A stretch of DNA of 33,616 nucleotides from a virus. The position numbers and the translations under genes were made by a program. Positions 13,730 through 22,989 of this stretch are shown piece by piece. The stretch is from IMG/VR virus record IMGVR_UViG_3300045988_111817, positions 1-33,616 of that record. The stretch is one strand, 5' to 3'. The number at the start of each line of letters is the position of its first letter. The first letter of the stretch is position 1. The notes beneath the pieces were generated by a model. It had not been told where the DNA came from. It ran no database searches and was given only the letters and a program-made list of their open reading frames with translations.

Positions 13730-14076
13730 AAAACTTTTTAAGAAAACAACAAATTGAAAAAGAAAACGCTGAAATAGAACAGTGGAAACAAAAATATAAA
13801 ATAGCAAATGATTGTTCAACTATGTATTTCCATAATTGGTGTAAAGCAGAAGAAAAATTAAACGAACAAGAAACCGATTTGCAGATAATGCAAAAGCAAC
13901 TCGTCCTGTTGGTAACGGCATTGACCGTGTATATTGAAATGTATGGTTGCGAACTTTCAGAAGCAGACCACGGAGAAGGATGGCGGCTAAACGGCAATGT
14001 TAGGACACAAGATGATATCACAGCGGTAATTAAGGCTAAAAATATTGCCTTGAACTATAAGGAGAATAGAAAATGA
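13723..14076 (+). CDS. Hypothetical protein, paralog of 9903-10307
   Basis: RBS AAGGAG. It shares the block LVTALTVYIEMYGCEL with the paralog. The gene is markedly AT-rich. Confidence 0.7.
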   Translation: MLKNFLRKQQIEKENAEIEQWKQKYKIANDCSTMYFHNWCKAEEKLNEQETDLQIMQKQLVLLVTALTVYIEMYGCELSEADHGEGWRLNGNVRTQDDITAVIKAKNIALNYKENRK

Positions 14077-14387
14077 CAGCAGCAGAAATTTGTATAGTTG
14101 TTTTTGGTGGAATAGGAACAATAGTGATTGCAATTCCTGCAATATATATGGGAGTTGATTATTTCCAAGAAAGGCAAAAGAGAAAAAGACCGCTTTTTAC
14201 ACGTATTCTGTACGAAATGGAAAAGATGCACAAGCGGAAACACGAAGTCAATTTCATACTTATAAGCGACGACGTTCGATATGTTGATTTTGACCGAGTT
14301 ATGGGTGTTCCCATCGAAAGAGCAACATTGCCGAAAGGTGTTCAATTTGTTGTAGCGGAAAGAAAAGTAAAGGAGAATGAAAAATGA
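14073..14387 (+). CDS. N-terminally anchored membrane protein
   Basis: RBS AAGGAG. The hydrophobic N-terminus is followed by a basic stretch. Confidence 0.65.
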   Translation: MTAAEICIVVFGGIGTIVIAIPAIYMGVDYFQERQKRKRPLFTRILYEMEKMHKRKHEVNFILISDDVRYVDFDRVMGVPIERATLPKGVQFVVAERKVKENEK

Positions 14388-14776
14388 ACGAAAACGAAGA
14401 AATCAAAAGGCTTAAAGCCGAGAACGAAAAACTCAAAAACAGAGTTGACGAACTCGTTGCGGGTATCAAGGAAATTGACAATGCAAGGGTTATTCTGTGC
14501 GAACATGGGGCATATTCTGTCGATTTTAGCGTTTACGGTGATCAGATGTCCACGGTTATTTGGGGCGAAACCGAAGGCAAACTGTATGAGGCTATTGACA
14601 AGAGCATAGATGATCTATTCGGCAATAGAGAATATATTATAGATGCAATCAAAAACCACAAACTATTGCAGATGTGTGCAAGATATCAGAGAGACGAAGC
14701 AAGCGGCGGATATACAATTATCCTTGACTGGAATAAGCACGACACGGTAAGACACTGCTATGTGGTAAGGAGATAA
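14384..14776 (+). CDS. Hypothetical protein
   Basis: RBS AAGGAG. 130 aa with an N-terminal coiled coil. Confidence 0.65.
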   Translation: MNENEEIKRLKAENEKLKNRVDELVAGIKEIDNARVILCEHGAYSVDFSVYGDQMSTVIWGETEGKLYEAIDKSIDDLFGNREYIIDAIKNHKLLQMCARYQRDEASGGYTIILDWNKHDTVRHCYVVRR

Positions 14777-14777
14777 T

Positions 14778-15056
14778 ATGAAAAAAATACTCAAATCACT
14801 CATTATAGTACTTATTATAGTAATGTGTATAGTGGTATTAACGGGGTGCGTAACGCGATCGCGGATGGTCGACAAACCGACGAATTTATTGATGATACGA
14901 ATGGCGGACGGCAATGTCGCCACATACGAGAGACGAGAAATCAAGAACATTGAAGAAACGAAGAACCTTATCATTCTTACGGTTGATTACGGGAACGGCA
15001 TTGTATCCACCGTTGTATTCAACAAAGAAAATATAACTTATGTCGAATATGCTTGA
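14778..15056 (+). CDS. Putative lipoprotein
   Basis: RBS AAGGAG. The signal peptide ends in the lipobox LTGC (MKKILKSLIIVLIIVMCIVVLTGC). Confidence 0.7.
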   Translation: MKKILKSLIIVLIIVMCIVVLTGCVTRSRMVDKPTNLLMIRMADGNVATYERREIKNIEETKNLIILTVDYGNGIVSTVVFNKENITYVEYA

Positions 15057-15081
15057 CAAGCGGTCAAGGGTATGATACAAT
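15053..15081 (+). promoter_or_regulatory. Promoter P4 in front of the packaging and structural block
   Basis: TTGACA (15053-15058), 17-nt spacer, TACAAT (15076-15081). Confidence 0.6.
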
Positions 15082-15145
15082 GGTTGTATAACGAATAGGA
15101 GAACAGCCTATGATTTTATCGGTGAAACTTCATAGGAGCGCAAAG

Positions 15146-15165
15146 TAGACAGGGAAGCCTGTCTA
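15146..15165 (+). promoter_or_regulatory. Hairpin in the late leader that overlaps the stop of a 12-codon upstream ORF
   Basis: TAGACAGG pairs with CCTGTCTA (8 bp) and the loop is GAAG. The upstream ORF runs from ATG 15110 to TAG 15146-15148, with AGGAG at 15097-15101. Only TTT follows the hairpin. Confidence 0.4.
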
Positions 15166-15183
15166 TTTGCCGTTGTAAGCGAA

Positions 15184-15513
15184 ATGAGATTTACGGACGA
15201 AAACAATAACATATCAGTCAAGGACATACGCATTAAGGGCGACAAGGCATCGGGACAGCCGATAACGAAACTTGCAATGTATGAGAACATAGCCGACACG
15301 CCTGCGGAATTCGCAAAGATAATCAGGTCGGCGCAGGAGATGTTGGACGGCATCGCATTCACGCCGAAGCAGGCGGAAACGGTCAAGAGCGTTGTTCAGA
15401 GTAGGGCGGCAGAAGCCGTACAAAAGGCTGTGGACGCTATTTTAAGGGAACTTGACGAACAGGGCTATAAGGAAGCAAAAGAAGCGATAGAGCGATTTGT
15501 GGGGGCGGAATAA
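15184..15513 (+). CDS. Hypothetical protein
   Basis: 109-aa ORF with a weak RBS. It is the first gene of the late block. Confidence 0.55.
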   Translation: MRFTDENNNISVKDIRIKGDKASGQPITKLAMYENIADTPAEFAKIIRSAQEMLDGIAFTPKQAETVKSVVQSRAAEAVQKAVDAILRELDEQGYKEAKEAIERFVGAE

Positions 15514-16625
15514 TGGCAAGTAACATAGTACGAATAGCATATGGTGTTGTTAAGGGCGCAGGCATTGACACGAGCGATATGACGGTTGAGCAAGTCATAG
15601 CGAAGATGAACGAGTTGCAGGATGGTGACAAGGTGTCGAAGCGCGACCTGGACGAGAAGAAACTCAAAGAGAAGGGCTATACCGCAGAGCAGTTGAAAGA
15701 TAAGAGCGATAAGGATACAGCGGATACGGCAGAGAAGTTTGGCAACGAAAAGGGTGGAAAAGAAGAAAGATTGCGTCAGATTGACGAAGAAATCGAAAAA
15801 CAAAAGAAATCGCTTACCGAAGGAATAACAAAAGATGTTGACGCGTGGAGAGATGCGAAGACGGGGAAACTTATAAACTCTAACAAGAGAGGCGAGTTTT
15901 TCCTTACAGATGACGAAACAAAAGCATCGACCGCATCGGCGGCGTGGAACATCTATAAGAATATGAACAAATTACAGCAACAAGGGCTGGAACCCGTTAA
16001 GACAAGCGTTAAAAAAACTTATGGCGAGATACCATACGAAGACAAACAGAAAATTGAAAGACAAATAGAAAAGTTAAAGACGGAAAAGGAAGCGTTACAA
16101 CAGGGATACGACACGCTTGAAGAATATCAAAGCGCGAAAACCGAAGAAAATACAAAAAAACGAGATGCCCGTAAAGAAGAAATAGATAATTCTTACTTCG
16201 GGAAGCACTATCGCAAGGACTTCTACGGAGTGTATTATGATTATTACGGATATGATAAAGGTGGAATACGGAACTTTTATGCTCCCGAAATCGATCAGAG
16301 CGCGGCAATAGAATTGTTTGCACGGCGCGCAAAAGCATTAGGGGCGACATATGAACACGCAAGTGCGAAATCGGGAGAAGGCAAATTTTCGACATCGATA
16401 TATCTTACTTTGGACGGCAAGACATTAAGAATATCTAATCACGAATTGCCCGATGCACCTTGGCGTGATACATTGACTAATAACTGGCAGGCGCGTTGGG
16501 ATGATGAGATAGTGTTCGGAAGCAATGCGGACAAGTCGAAAATGACCAGCGAGATGTTAAAGGCGAAAACGCAAAAGGAATTCGACGACTGGGTATTGTC
16601 GAAATTCAAAAGCGAAGAAGATTAA
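15513..16625 (+). CDS. Hypothetical 370-aa protein, lysine- and glutamate-rich in the middle
   Basis: TAATG overlap with the upstream gene. No domain could be recognised by eye. Confidence 0.7.
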   Translation: MASNIVRIAYGVVKGAGIDTSDMTVEQVIAKMNELQDGDKVSKRDLDEKKLKEKGYTAEQLKDKSDKDTADTAEKFGNEKGGKEERLRQIDEEIEKQKKSLTEGITKDVDAWRDAKTGKLINSNKRGEFFLTDDETKASTASAAWNIYKNMNKLQQQGLEPVKTSVKKTYGEIPYEDKQKIERQIEKLKTEKEALQQGYDTLEEYQSAKTEENTKKRDARKEEIDNSYFGKHYRKDFYGVYYDYYGYDKGGIRNFYAPEIDQSAAIELFARRAKALGATYEHASAKSGEGKFSTSIYLTLDGKTLRISNHELPDAPWRDTLTNNWQARWDDEIVFGSNADKSKMTSEMLKAKTQKEFDDWVLSKFKSEED

Positions 16626-16643
16626 GAACGGGGGTGATTAGTA

Positions 16644-17084
16644 ATGACCAAAGCCGAACGGGAAGCCTGTAAGGCGGAATTCATTACAGGCAACTACCGA
16701 ACATTAACAGAATACGCAGACGCGCACGGTTATAGTAGAAGATATATCAGAGAGATAGGGGCGGCAGATAAGTGGCTTGCCGACAAGACAAAGCATCAAA
16801 GGCAAATTGCTGGCAAACTGCTGGCACAGGACAAAAAGGATGCAATAAATACGCTTACAGCACGCCGTGAGATGATGGAAGACATAAAAAGCACATTATT
16901 GAAGCGGGTGCAGGAGAAGTTGTCGGAAGCAACCTTAACGGCGAACGAGATGAACTTATTAGCGAACGCAGTGGTCAAGATTGACACTATGGACAGTGGT
17001 GCGATTGAGACAGCGGATAGCGAAAGGGAAGCGTTGGAAAAGGTAGTAGAAGCCTTAGAGGGGGCAATATGCCGAGACAATTAA
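16644..17084 (+). CDS. terS: Terminase small subunit
   Basis: The call rests on the position directly upstream of TerL and an HTH-like N-terminus (YRTLTEYADAHGYSRRYIREI). Confidence 0.7.
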   Translation: MTKAEREACKAEFITGNYRTLTEYADAHGYSRRYIREIGAADKWLADKTKHQRQIAGKLLAQDKKDAINTLTARREMMEDIKSTLLKRVQEKLSEATLTANEMNLLANAVVKIDTMDSGAIETADSEREALEKVVEALEGAICRDN

Positions 17085-18397
17085 CGTTTACGGATAAGCA
17101 ATTACAATGCTTGAAGACACCGACTAAGACCTGGAACATATGGTGCGGAGCGGTACGAAGCGGTAAGAGTTTTGCGACTATTATGCAGATGCCCTTGAAG
17201 ATAAGCAAGCATTATGACGAGCCGTGCCTTATAGTAGCGAAGACGCTCGCAATGGTCGAGAAGAATGTGTTGAGCGTATTAAGAAATCAATACACGGACA
17301 GATTTATAGGGTTTATCAAGAGTACAGCGGACGGCAGGCGAGTAGTAGATATATTCGGCAAGGAGATAGACTGTGTCGGAGCGAACGATGCGAGAAGTGC
17401 GGCGAAGATACACGGAACAGAGTACGGATATGTGTATGGCGACGAAGTAGTCTTATGGGACGAAGCGTTTTTCACTATGTTGCAGTCAAGGTTAAGCCTT
17501 GCAGACAGCGAGTTTGACGGAACTTGTAACCCTGAAAGCCCGTCGCATTACTTAAAGCAGTTTATGGATAGCCCGACTTTCGATGGGAACTGTTTCGAGT
17601 TTACCTTGTGGGATAACCCGTATCTACCGAAGCATTACATAGAAAGGTTAGAGAACGAGTACAGGGGGACGATATATTACGACCGCTTCATTTTAGGAAA
17701 GTGGACGAGTTGCGAAGGTCAGGTCTTTCCGCTGTTCAGAAGAGACAAGCATTATATCACGCCTGACAAATACACCGACCTGTTCAATGAGAACATGGGC
17801 AAGATACGGTATTGTATTGTAGGCGGAGACGGGGCGACAACGAACGATAGTACGGCGTTAGTGCCTTTGATGATATTCTCGGACGGACACGCTTGCGTGG
17901 GTGATATATTCTATCATAACCCGAAAGAGAGCGGGCAGTTATCGAATGCTGACCTTATCCCTTATATCCGACAATGGTACGATGATCTGATCAGGAAGTA
18001 CGCATTGGATAGGGGCGGAGTTAGATTTTATACGGCAGTGGACTGTGCGGCGGCGGACTTGGTGCTGACGATGCGGAAGAACTTGCCGACGAACTATAAC
18101 ATTACGGCGATGACAAAGAAGTCTATCACGCAGACGACGGATGTTGTGAACAATGCGTTTGCGAGAGACTTGGTACATATTCTTGATGTTGGTGGGACTT
18201 ATAACTATGTGAGACGAAGATTTGAGAGCGGAGTGTCGCAGTTGGTTATAGACCTTGAACGGATGATATGGGCGAAAGGCAACGAGACTTACGATGCGAG
18301 CGTTCCGAACGACGTGGCTGACGCGTTTAGGTACGCCGTGAATACTTATTACAATAACCCGCTGAATATGTGGGACACGCCTGATTTCGGGCAATAG
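17069..18397 (+). CDS. terL: Terminase large subunit
   Basis: Walker A is CGAVRSGKS. The N-terminus is PBSX-type. 442 aa. Confidence 0.85.
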   Translation: MPRQLTFTDKQLQCLKTPTKTWNIWCGAVRSGKSFATIMQMPLKISKHYDEPCLIVAKTLAMVEKNVLSVLRNQYTDRFIGFIKSTADGRRVVDIFGKEIDCVGANDARSAAKIHGTEYGYVYGDEVVLWDEAFFTMLQSRLSLADSEFDGTCNPESPSHYLKQFMDSPTFDGNCFEFTLWDNPYLPKHYIERLENEYRGTIYYDRFILGKWTSCEGQVFPLFRRDKHYITPDKYTDLFNENMGKIRYCIVGGDGATTNDSTALVPLMIFSDGHACVGDIFYHNPKESGQLSNADLIPYIRQWYDDLIRKYALDRGGVRFYTAVDCAAADLVLTMRKNLPTNYNITAMTKKSITQTTDVVNNAFARDLVHILDVGGTYNYVRRRFESGVSQLVIDLERMIWAKGNETYDASVPNDVADAFRYAVNTYYNNPLNMWDTPDFGQ

Positions 18398-18408
18398 AAA
18401 GGTGAATT

Positions 18409-20055
18409 ATGGACTGTGATTTTAATTCTTTAGAATTTGCACCGTGGCAGACTGGGGCGGCGTTCAACGCATACCACACTTACAGTTTCGTCAACAATAG
18501 TGTATTCTATTCGATGATACCGTCGTATTATCGGGAATATATGAAGCGCTATGTGCAGAATGCTTTATGGTGGAACGATGGCTGGGTGCCGTATTTCCAC
18601 AATCAAGACAAGGGCATTTTGTCGACGAGACTGGCGGGAGCGATTGTTGATAGAGTAGCAAGAAAGGTTGCGGGCTCGCGCATTATGTACAAAAATGTGG
18701 GCGAACTCAAAGACGACAAGGGAAGCAATGTAACCCGTAACTTTATAGCCGACTGGGCTGAAAGAGTAAGGTTTGAAAGCGCGTTGAAGCGTGGCATTAA
18801 GTACGCGGCGGCGGGCGGCACGGCATTGTTAAAGACGAACAAAAACGCTGACGGCGATCTGTGGGTGGAGAGTTTAAGGTTTGACCGCTTTATTCCGTCG
18901 GTGGACGCCGCAACGGGGCTTGTGCGCGATGTGAGATGTTACTTGAATTTTGTCATAGACGAGAGCAAGAGCAAGGACGGCGAGAGAACGGGCGCGTATT
19001 GTCTTATAGAGCATAGGTATTTTGGAGAATATACCACGGTAACGGGCGAAGTCATAAAGAACGCCGCGTTGGTGGAGTACGAAGTATCAAGGGCTTACGG
19101 GAGCATTACGAACGGAGAATTCGTCGGTAACTCTTACGAGCGCATTAAGTGGGTAAATTTACCCGACAAGATAAGAAAAGCATTCAAGGACAATTACGGC
19201 ACGGTTAGGTTGGACGAGCCTATTTTAATGCCTTTCAAGGATTGGCTCGGTTGCGAACTTATGAACTGGACGGACGGGATAACGGGAATGCCTGGGATGC
19301 CGTTTGGTGAAAGTTTAATCTTGAAAGCGATACCGTTCTTGCAGGAGTATGATTACCTTACGAGTGTCTATGGAACAGAGATGTACCTCGGACGCGCAAG
19401 GGTTATATTGTCGCAAGGACTTGACAGCGGAAGCAACAGAGCGGGGCTTGCAGGCGGTTGGGATAGCGCATTGAACGATCAGGCATTTGTGAGAACGCCG
19501 AGTGTAAATCCCGAAGACGACAAACCGTTGCCGATACAATTCGAGATACGCTCGGAAGCATTGGCGAAGATGAGAAACAATCTGCTTGAAGCAATAGCGG
19601 TGAACGTGGGGATATCCCCGTCAACATTGGCACCGTTCTTACAGGACAGCAGTGCGAGAACCGCAAGGGAAGTATCCACGGAAGAGAACGAAACGGCAGG
19701 ATTTGTGGCGGACACAAGGTCTGTGCTGGAAACGGCGATAAACGCAACCTTAAAGCATATATGCGAATACTATCGTGCATTGCATCCTGAACTGTTGGAT
19801 ACGGTGGGAATAAGGTGGTCGCAGGCTGGATTGTCTAACCCGTTTATGACGACGGAGATGATGACACAGCAATACAACGCAGGACTTGTAAGCCTTAAAG
19901 GAGCGATATCGGCATTGAACCCTGACGAAGACGAAACGCAGATTGACAAACTTGTCGAAGAAGCGAAAGCGGATGCAATGGGACACGCTGATTTTAACGA
20001 TAAGGACTATTACGATGATAACGAGACAGTTGAACCCGCAGGCGATAACGCTTGA
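18409..20055 (+). CDS. Portal protein
   Basis: The 548-aa ORF is immediately downstream of TerL. The call rests on size and position. Confidence 0.7.
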   Translation: MDCDFNSLEFAPWQTGAAFNAYHTYSFVNNSVFYSMIPSYYREYMKRYVQNALWWNDGWVPYFHNQDKGILSTRLAGAIVDRVARKVAGSRIMYKNVGELKDDKGSNVTRNFIADWAERVRFESALKRGIKYAAAGGTALLKTNKNADGDLWVESLRFDRFIPSVDAATGLVRDVRCYLNFVIDESKSKDGERTGAYCLIEHRYFGEYTTVTGEVIKNAALVEYEVSRAYGSITNGEFVGNSYERIKWVNLPDKIRKAFKDNYGTVRLDEPILMPFKDWLGCELMNWTDGITGMPGMPFGESLILKAIPFLQEYDYLTSVYGTEMYLGRARVILSQGLDSGSNRAGLAGGWDSALNDQAFVRTPSVNPEDDKPLPIQFEIRSEALAKMRNNLLEAIAVNVGISPSTLAPFLQDSSARTAREVSTEENETAGFVADTRSVLETAINATLKHICEYYRALHPELLDTVGIRWSQAGLSNPFMTTEMMTQQYNAGLVSLKGAISALNPDEDETQIDKLVEEAKADAMGHADFNDKDYYDDNETVEPAGDNA

Positions 20056-20944
20056 AGACGCACAGGGCGAGATTAAAAAGACGATAAAGGACGCATATCT
20101 TGCGGGAAAGAGCCGCAGAGAAACCGAACGGCTTGTTGCTTTAATCATTGCGGCGGCGGTCAAGAAACTATACACTCCTGCATTGATAGATTGTGCGCCA
20201 CGGTCATTGTGGGCAATGGCGAGAAAGGTTTACAGCAACTTTTCGACGCTGAACGCAGAAACTTTGAAAACCGTTGCAAAAGGTGTCCCGACGGGGCAGT
20301 ATCCAAAGGCTTATATGAAGCAGGTCAACGACACCTTGCGTAAGATAGCGGATATACAGGCATTAGATGCGGACGATATTACGGGAAGAAACTCGTTGAG
20401 AAACCGTGCGGAGATGGAAGTGCGGTACGAGTATCATCAGAATGAGATTGCGGACTTTAAGAAACAAGGCGCGAAGTTAGTCATTTGCAGTACGCACGCC
20501 GACTGTTCAGATAGGTGTTATCCGTGGCAAGGCAGGGTTTATAGTTTAGACCACACAACGGGTATTACGGCGGACGGAAGGCGGTATATTCCGCTGGAAA
20601 CGGCAACGGATATATATTATACTACAAAGGCAGGAAAAACCTATAAGAACGGCTTGTTGGGGTTTAATTGCCGACACAAACTATACGCGTACAAAGACGG
20701 AATGCAAGTACCTTATGTTTCGGCAAAGGAACAAAAGCAAGAGTATGCGATAACCGTGAGACAAAGGCAAATGGAAACGCAGATACGACGATATCGGGAA
20801 GAATACCTGATTTACCACGGCACGACCGATGAAGCGTTGGCGCAGAGAGCGAGAAAAAAGGCGATCGCACTGAATAAGCGATACATTGCTTTCAGTCAAA
20901 AGAACGAAAGGGCGTACTATCCCGACAGGGTTAAAATCATATAA
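20015..20944 (+). CDS. Head morphogenesis / minor capsid protein, SPP1 gp7 / Mu F-like
   Basis: The motif is STHADCSDRCYPWQGRVYS. AAGGA (20002-20006) lies before the ATG at 20015. Confidence 0.7.
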   Translation: MITRQLNPQAITLEDAQGEIKKTIKDAYLAGKSRRETERLVALIIAAAVKKLYTPALIDCAPRSLWAMARKVYSNFSTLNAETLKTVAKGVPTGQYPKAYMKQVNDTLRKIADIQALDADDITGRNSLRNRAEMEVRYEYHQNEIADFKKQGAKLVICSTHADCSDRCYPWQGRVYSLDHTTGITADGRRYIPLETATDIYYTTKAGKTYKNGLLGFNCRHKLYAYKDGMQVPYVSAKEQKQEYAITVRQRQMETQIRRYREEYLIYHGTTDEALAQRARKKAIALNKRYIAFSQKNERAYYPDRVKII

Positions 20945-21080
20945 GTCAATAACAGTAGCAAAGTTTGCGGTTTGGACGGAGAGAGCGGCACAGCCGTTGC
21001 AGAACGGACTAAAAGACGGGACGGCGGGGAACTGTTGGAGAATAGAATATTCTAAATACATTAAAAAGGAGCAAATCATT

Positions 21081-21581
21081 ATGGCAATTTTTGGACGAAA
21101 AAAGCCGACACTCGAAGAAATCTTATCGATGATTGACGGCTTGCCCGAAGAAGATAAAACCAAACTCTCGGAACACCTGACCGAACGCCACGACGAAGAA
21201 GAAAAAGCGTACGAGGAAAAGGAACAGGGCGAAGAACTCGAAGAGAAAGGCGAAGTCGAACAGGGCGAAGAAGAAGTGGAGCAAGCGGACGAAGCACACG
21301 AAGAAGCGACGGAAGATGCTGAAAAGGCAGAAGACGAAGCCGAGGCGGACAAAGAGGATGCGGAAGAAGAAAAGCACGACGAAGAAGACACGGAAAGCGT
21401 GGACGAACGAGAGGCTGTCTTTAAGGCATACGAAGAACGAATTGCAAAACTCGAAGAAACCGTTGCGAGAATGGCTGAAAGGCTGGAAGACAAAGAATTC
21501 GGCGCAATGGGTACGGCAAACCCGACCACGGACAACGGCGAGTGGGAAGGAAGACACACGAAAGCCTATTTTGGCAGATAA
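21081..21581 (+). CDS. Scaffolding protein
   Basis: RBS AAAGGAG. The protein has a highly acidic helical low-complexity core. The gene sits directly upstream of the capsid gene. Confidence 0.7.
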   Translation: MAIFGRKKPTLEEILSMIDGLPEEDKTKLSEHLTERHDEEEKAYEEKEQGEELEEKGEVEQGEEEVEQADEAHEEATEDAEKAEDEAEADKEDAEEEKHDEEDTESVDEREAVFKAYEERIAKLEETVARMAERLEDKEFGAMGTANPTTDNGEWEGRHTKAYFGR

Positions 21582-21609
21582 CACAACAAATTAAAAGGAG
21601 ACTATTATT

Positions 21610-22908
21610 ATGGCAGCAAAACTTGGTAACTACAATGAACCGTTTGTAAACGGCGCAACTCTTAAAAGACTGTATTCGGCAGTCGTCAAAGATAACATTT
21701 TTCAGGATCTCTTTACGAGAGACGGCGAAGCGGTAACGGAAAAATACTGCGAAGACACTTCTGTCGCGCAAGTAACCGTTCTGCGTATTCTTCCTGGCAA
21801 CGGTGCGGCTCGTGCTATCGGCGCGGACACGAACGGCGGTTTCTTCAACGATAACCCTGCGTTCTTCAACCAAACCGAAGCGTACAATATCGACTTGCTC
21901 GATGTTGTTGACTTTATGATCGATATCCCCGAAGTACAGCAGGATATGATGTCCACCGACCTTGTCGCACAAAGGGCTAAAATCCTGGGCGGACAAGTAT
22001 CGCGTGCGGTCAACGCTATGACCATTGCGGCACAACTTGCAAGGAACTTCAACGATATCGCAAGCGGCAAAGTCGAGAAGAACTGGATTGTTATGGACGC
22101 AACTCCTGCAACTGGTGCATATCTCAAATACATCGTCAAAGCGAGCGCGAACCTTGACAACGGCAATCCTGACGAAGGTATCGACACCTATCCGATCGAA
22201 GAGAGGGCTATTTTCCTGCGTGCTGACTATAAGGGCGAACTTATGGCGGCTGGTCAACTCCTTGTTGGCGGCTCGAATGCGGCGCAGTATATGGTCAAAG
22301 ACGGCGGCTTGTCCCCCGAAGACAAATCGGATAACGTGACTGGTTTCAGCGGTCGTATCCTCGATATGCCTGTCTATATGGCTGGTGAAGCGGTATGGAA
22401 TATGGCGGCATCGTATCTCGGCATCGCTCCCGACAAAATCAAAGGCGTTAAAGGTCTTGTTGTATCGGGCATCGGCACTGGTCGTGGTCTTGCGTTCAAT
22501 GCTTCGATTAAACAAATCGACAGCCCGAACGGCGCAGGTCAGAGAATGCAACCTTTGTATCGCTTCGGTGCGGAATGCTGGGATGCACTTTCGGTCGTAC
22601 CTATCGTCGAAAACGGCTTCACGAACCCTGCAACGTCAAGTTCACAACTTACGGTCGTCGCTCCTGGCTCTCGTCTGTACACGATTACCTACGACAAGGG
22701 TACAGGCACTGGCACGGCTCCCACGGCTGTTACGGGCAAGAAATACGGCGAAGTCATCACTTTGTCGGACAGCACGGGCTTGACGGCTCCGAGCGGAAAG
22801 GCTTTCAAAGGTTGGGACGAAAACAAAGACGCAACCGCTCCGAAATACGCGGCGGGCGCACAATATGTTGTCAAGACCAACGCAACGCTTTACGCAATCT
22901 TTGCATAA
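21610..22908 (+). CDS. Major capsid protein with a C-terminal Listeria-Bacteroides-type repeat domain
   Basis: RBS AAAGGAG. The call rests on position and size. The last 77 aa (YTITYDKGTG...GKAFKGWDEN...TLYAIFA) fit the Flg_new repeat pattern. Confidence 0.75.
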   Translation: MAAKLGNYNEPFVNGATLKRLYSAVVKDNIFQDLFTRDGEAVTEKYCEDTSVAQVTVLRILPGNGAARAIGADTNGGFFNDNPAFFNQTEAYNIDLLDVVDFMIDIPEVQQDMMSTDLVAQRAKILGGQVSRAVNAMTIAAQLARNFNDIASGKVEKNWIVMDATPATGAYLKYIVKASANLDNGNPDEGIDTYPIEERAIFLRADYKGELMAAGQLLVGGSNAAQYMVKDGGLSPEDKSDNVTGFSGRILDMPVYMAGEAVWNMAASYLGIAPDKIKGVKGLVVSGIGTGRGLAFNASIKQIDSPNGAGQRMQPLYRFGAECWDALSVVPIVENGFTNPATSSSQLTVVAPGSRLYTITYDKGTGTGTAPTAVTGKKYGEVITLSDSTGLTAPSGKAFKGWDENKDATAPKYAAGAQYVVKTNATLYAIFA

Positions 22909-22915
22909 AGACAAT

Positions 22916-22935
22916 AGGGGCGGGAAACCGCTCCT
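22916..22935 (+). terminator. Stable hairpin after the capsid gene, either a partial terminator or an mRNA stabiliser
   Basis: AGGGGCGG pairs with CCGCTCCT (8 bp, one G-U pair). The loop is GAAA. No T-run follows. Confidence 0.4.
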
Positions 22936-22989
22936 TATGTGCGAGTAAGAGTATAGCCGTGCAACTCGGCAAACTTGCAAGGAGACCAT

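Noticed and set aside
20681-21559. 292-aa Ser-rich ORF on the minus strand
   Set aside because: It is the antisense mirror of the GAA/GAG-rich scaffold gene, so Glu codons read as Ser/Phe codons. It is low-complexity, has no RBS, and overlaps two well-supported + strand genes.
21421-22551. 376-aa ORF on the minus strand
   Set aside because: It is entirely antisense to the major capsid gene, which has a strong RBS and the expected position. The ORF has no RBS and implausible composition.
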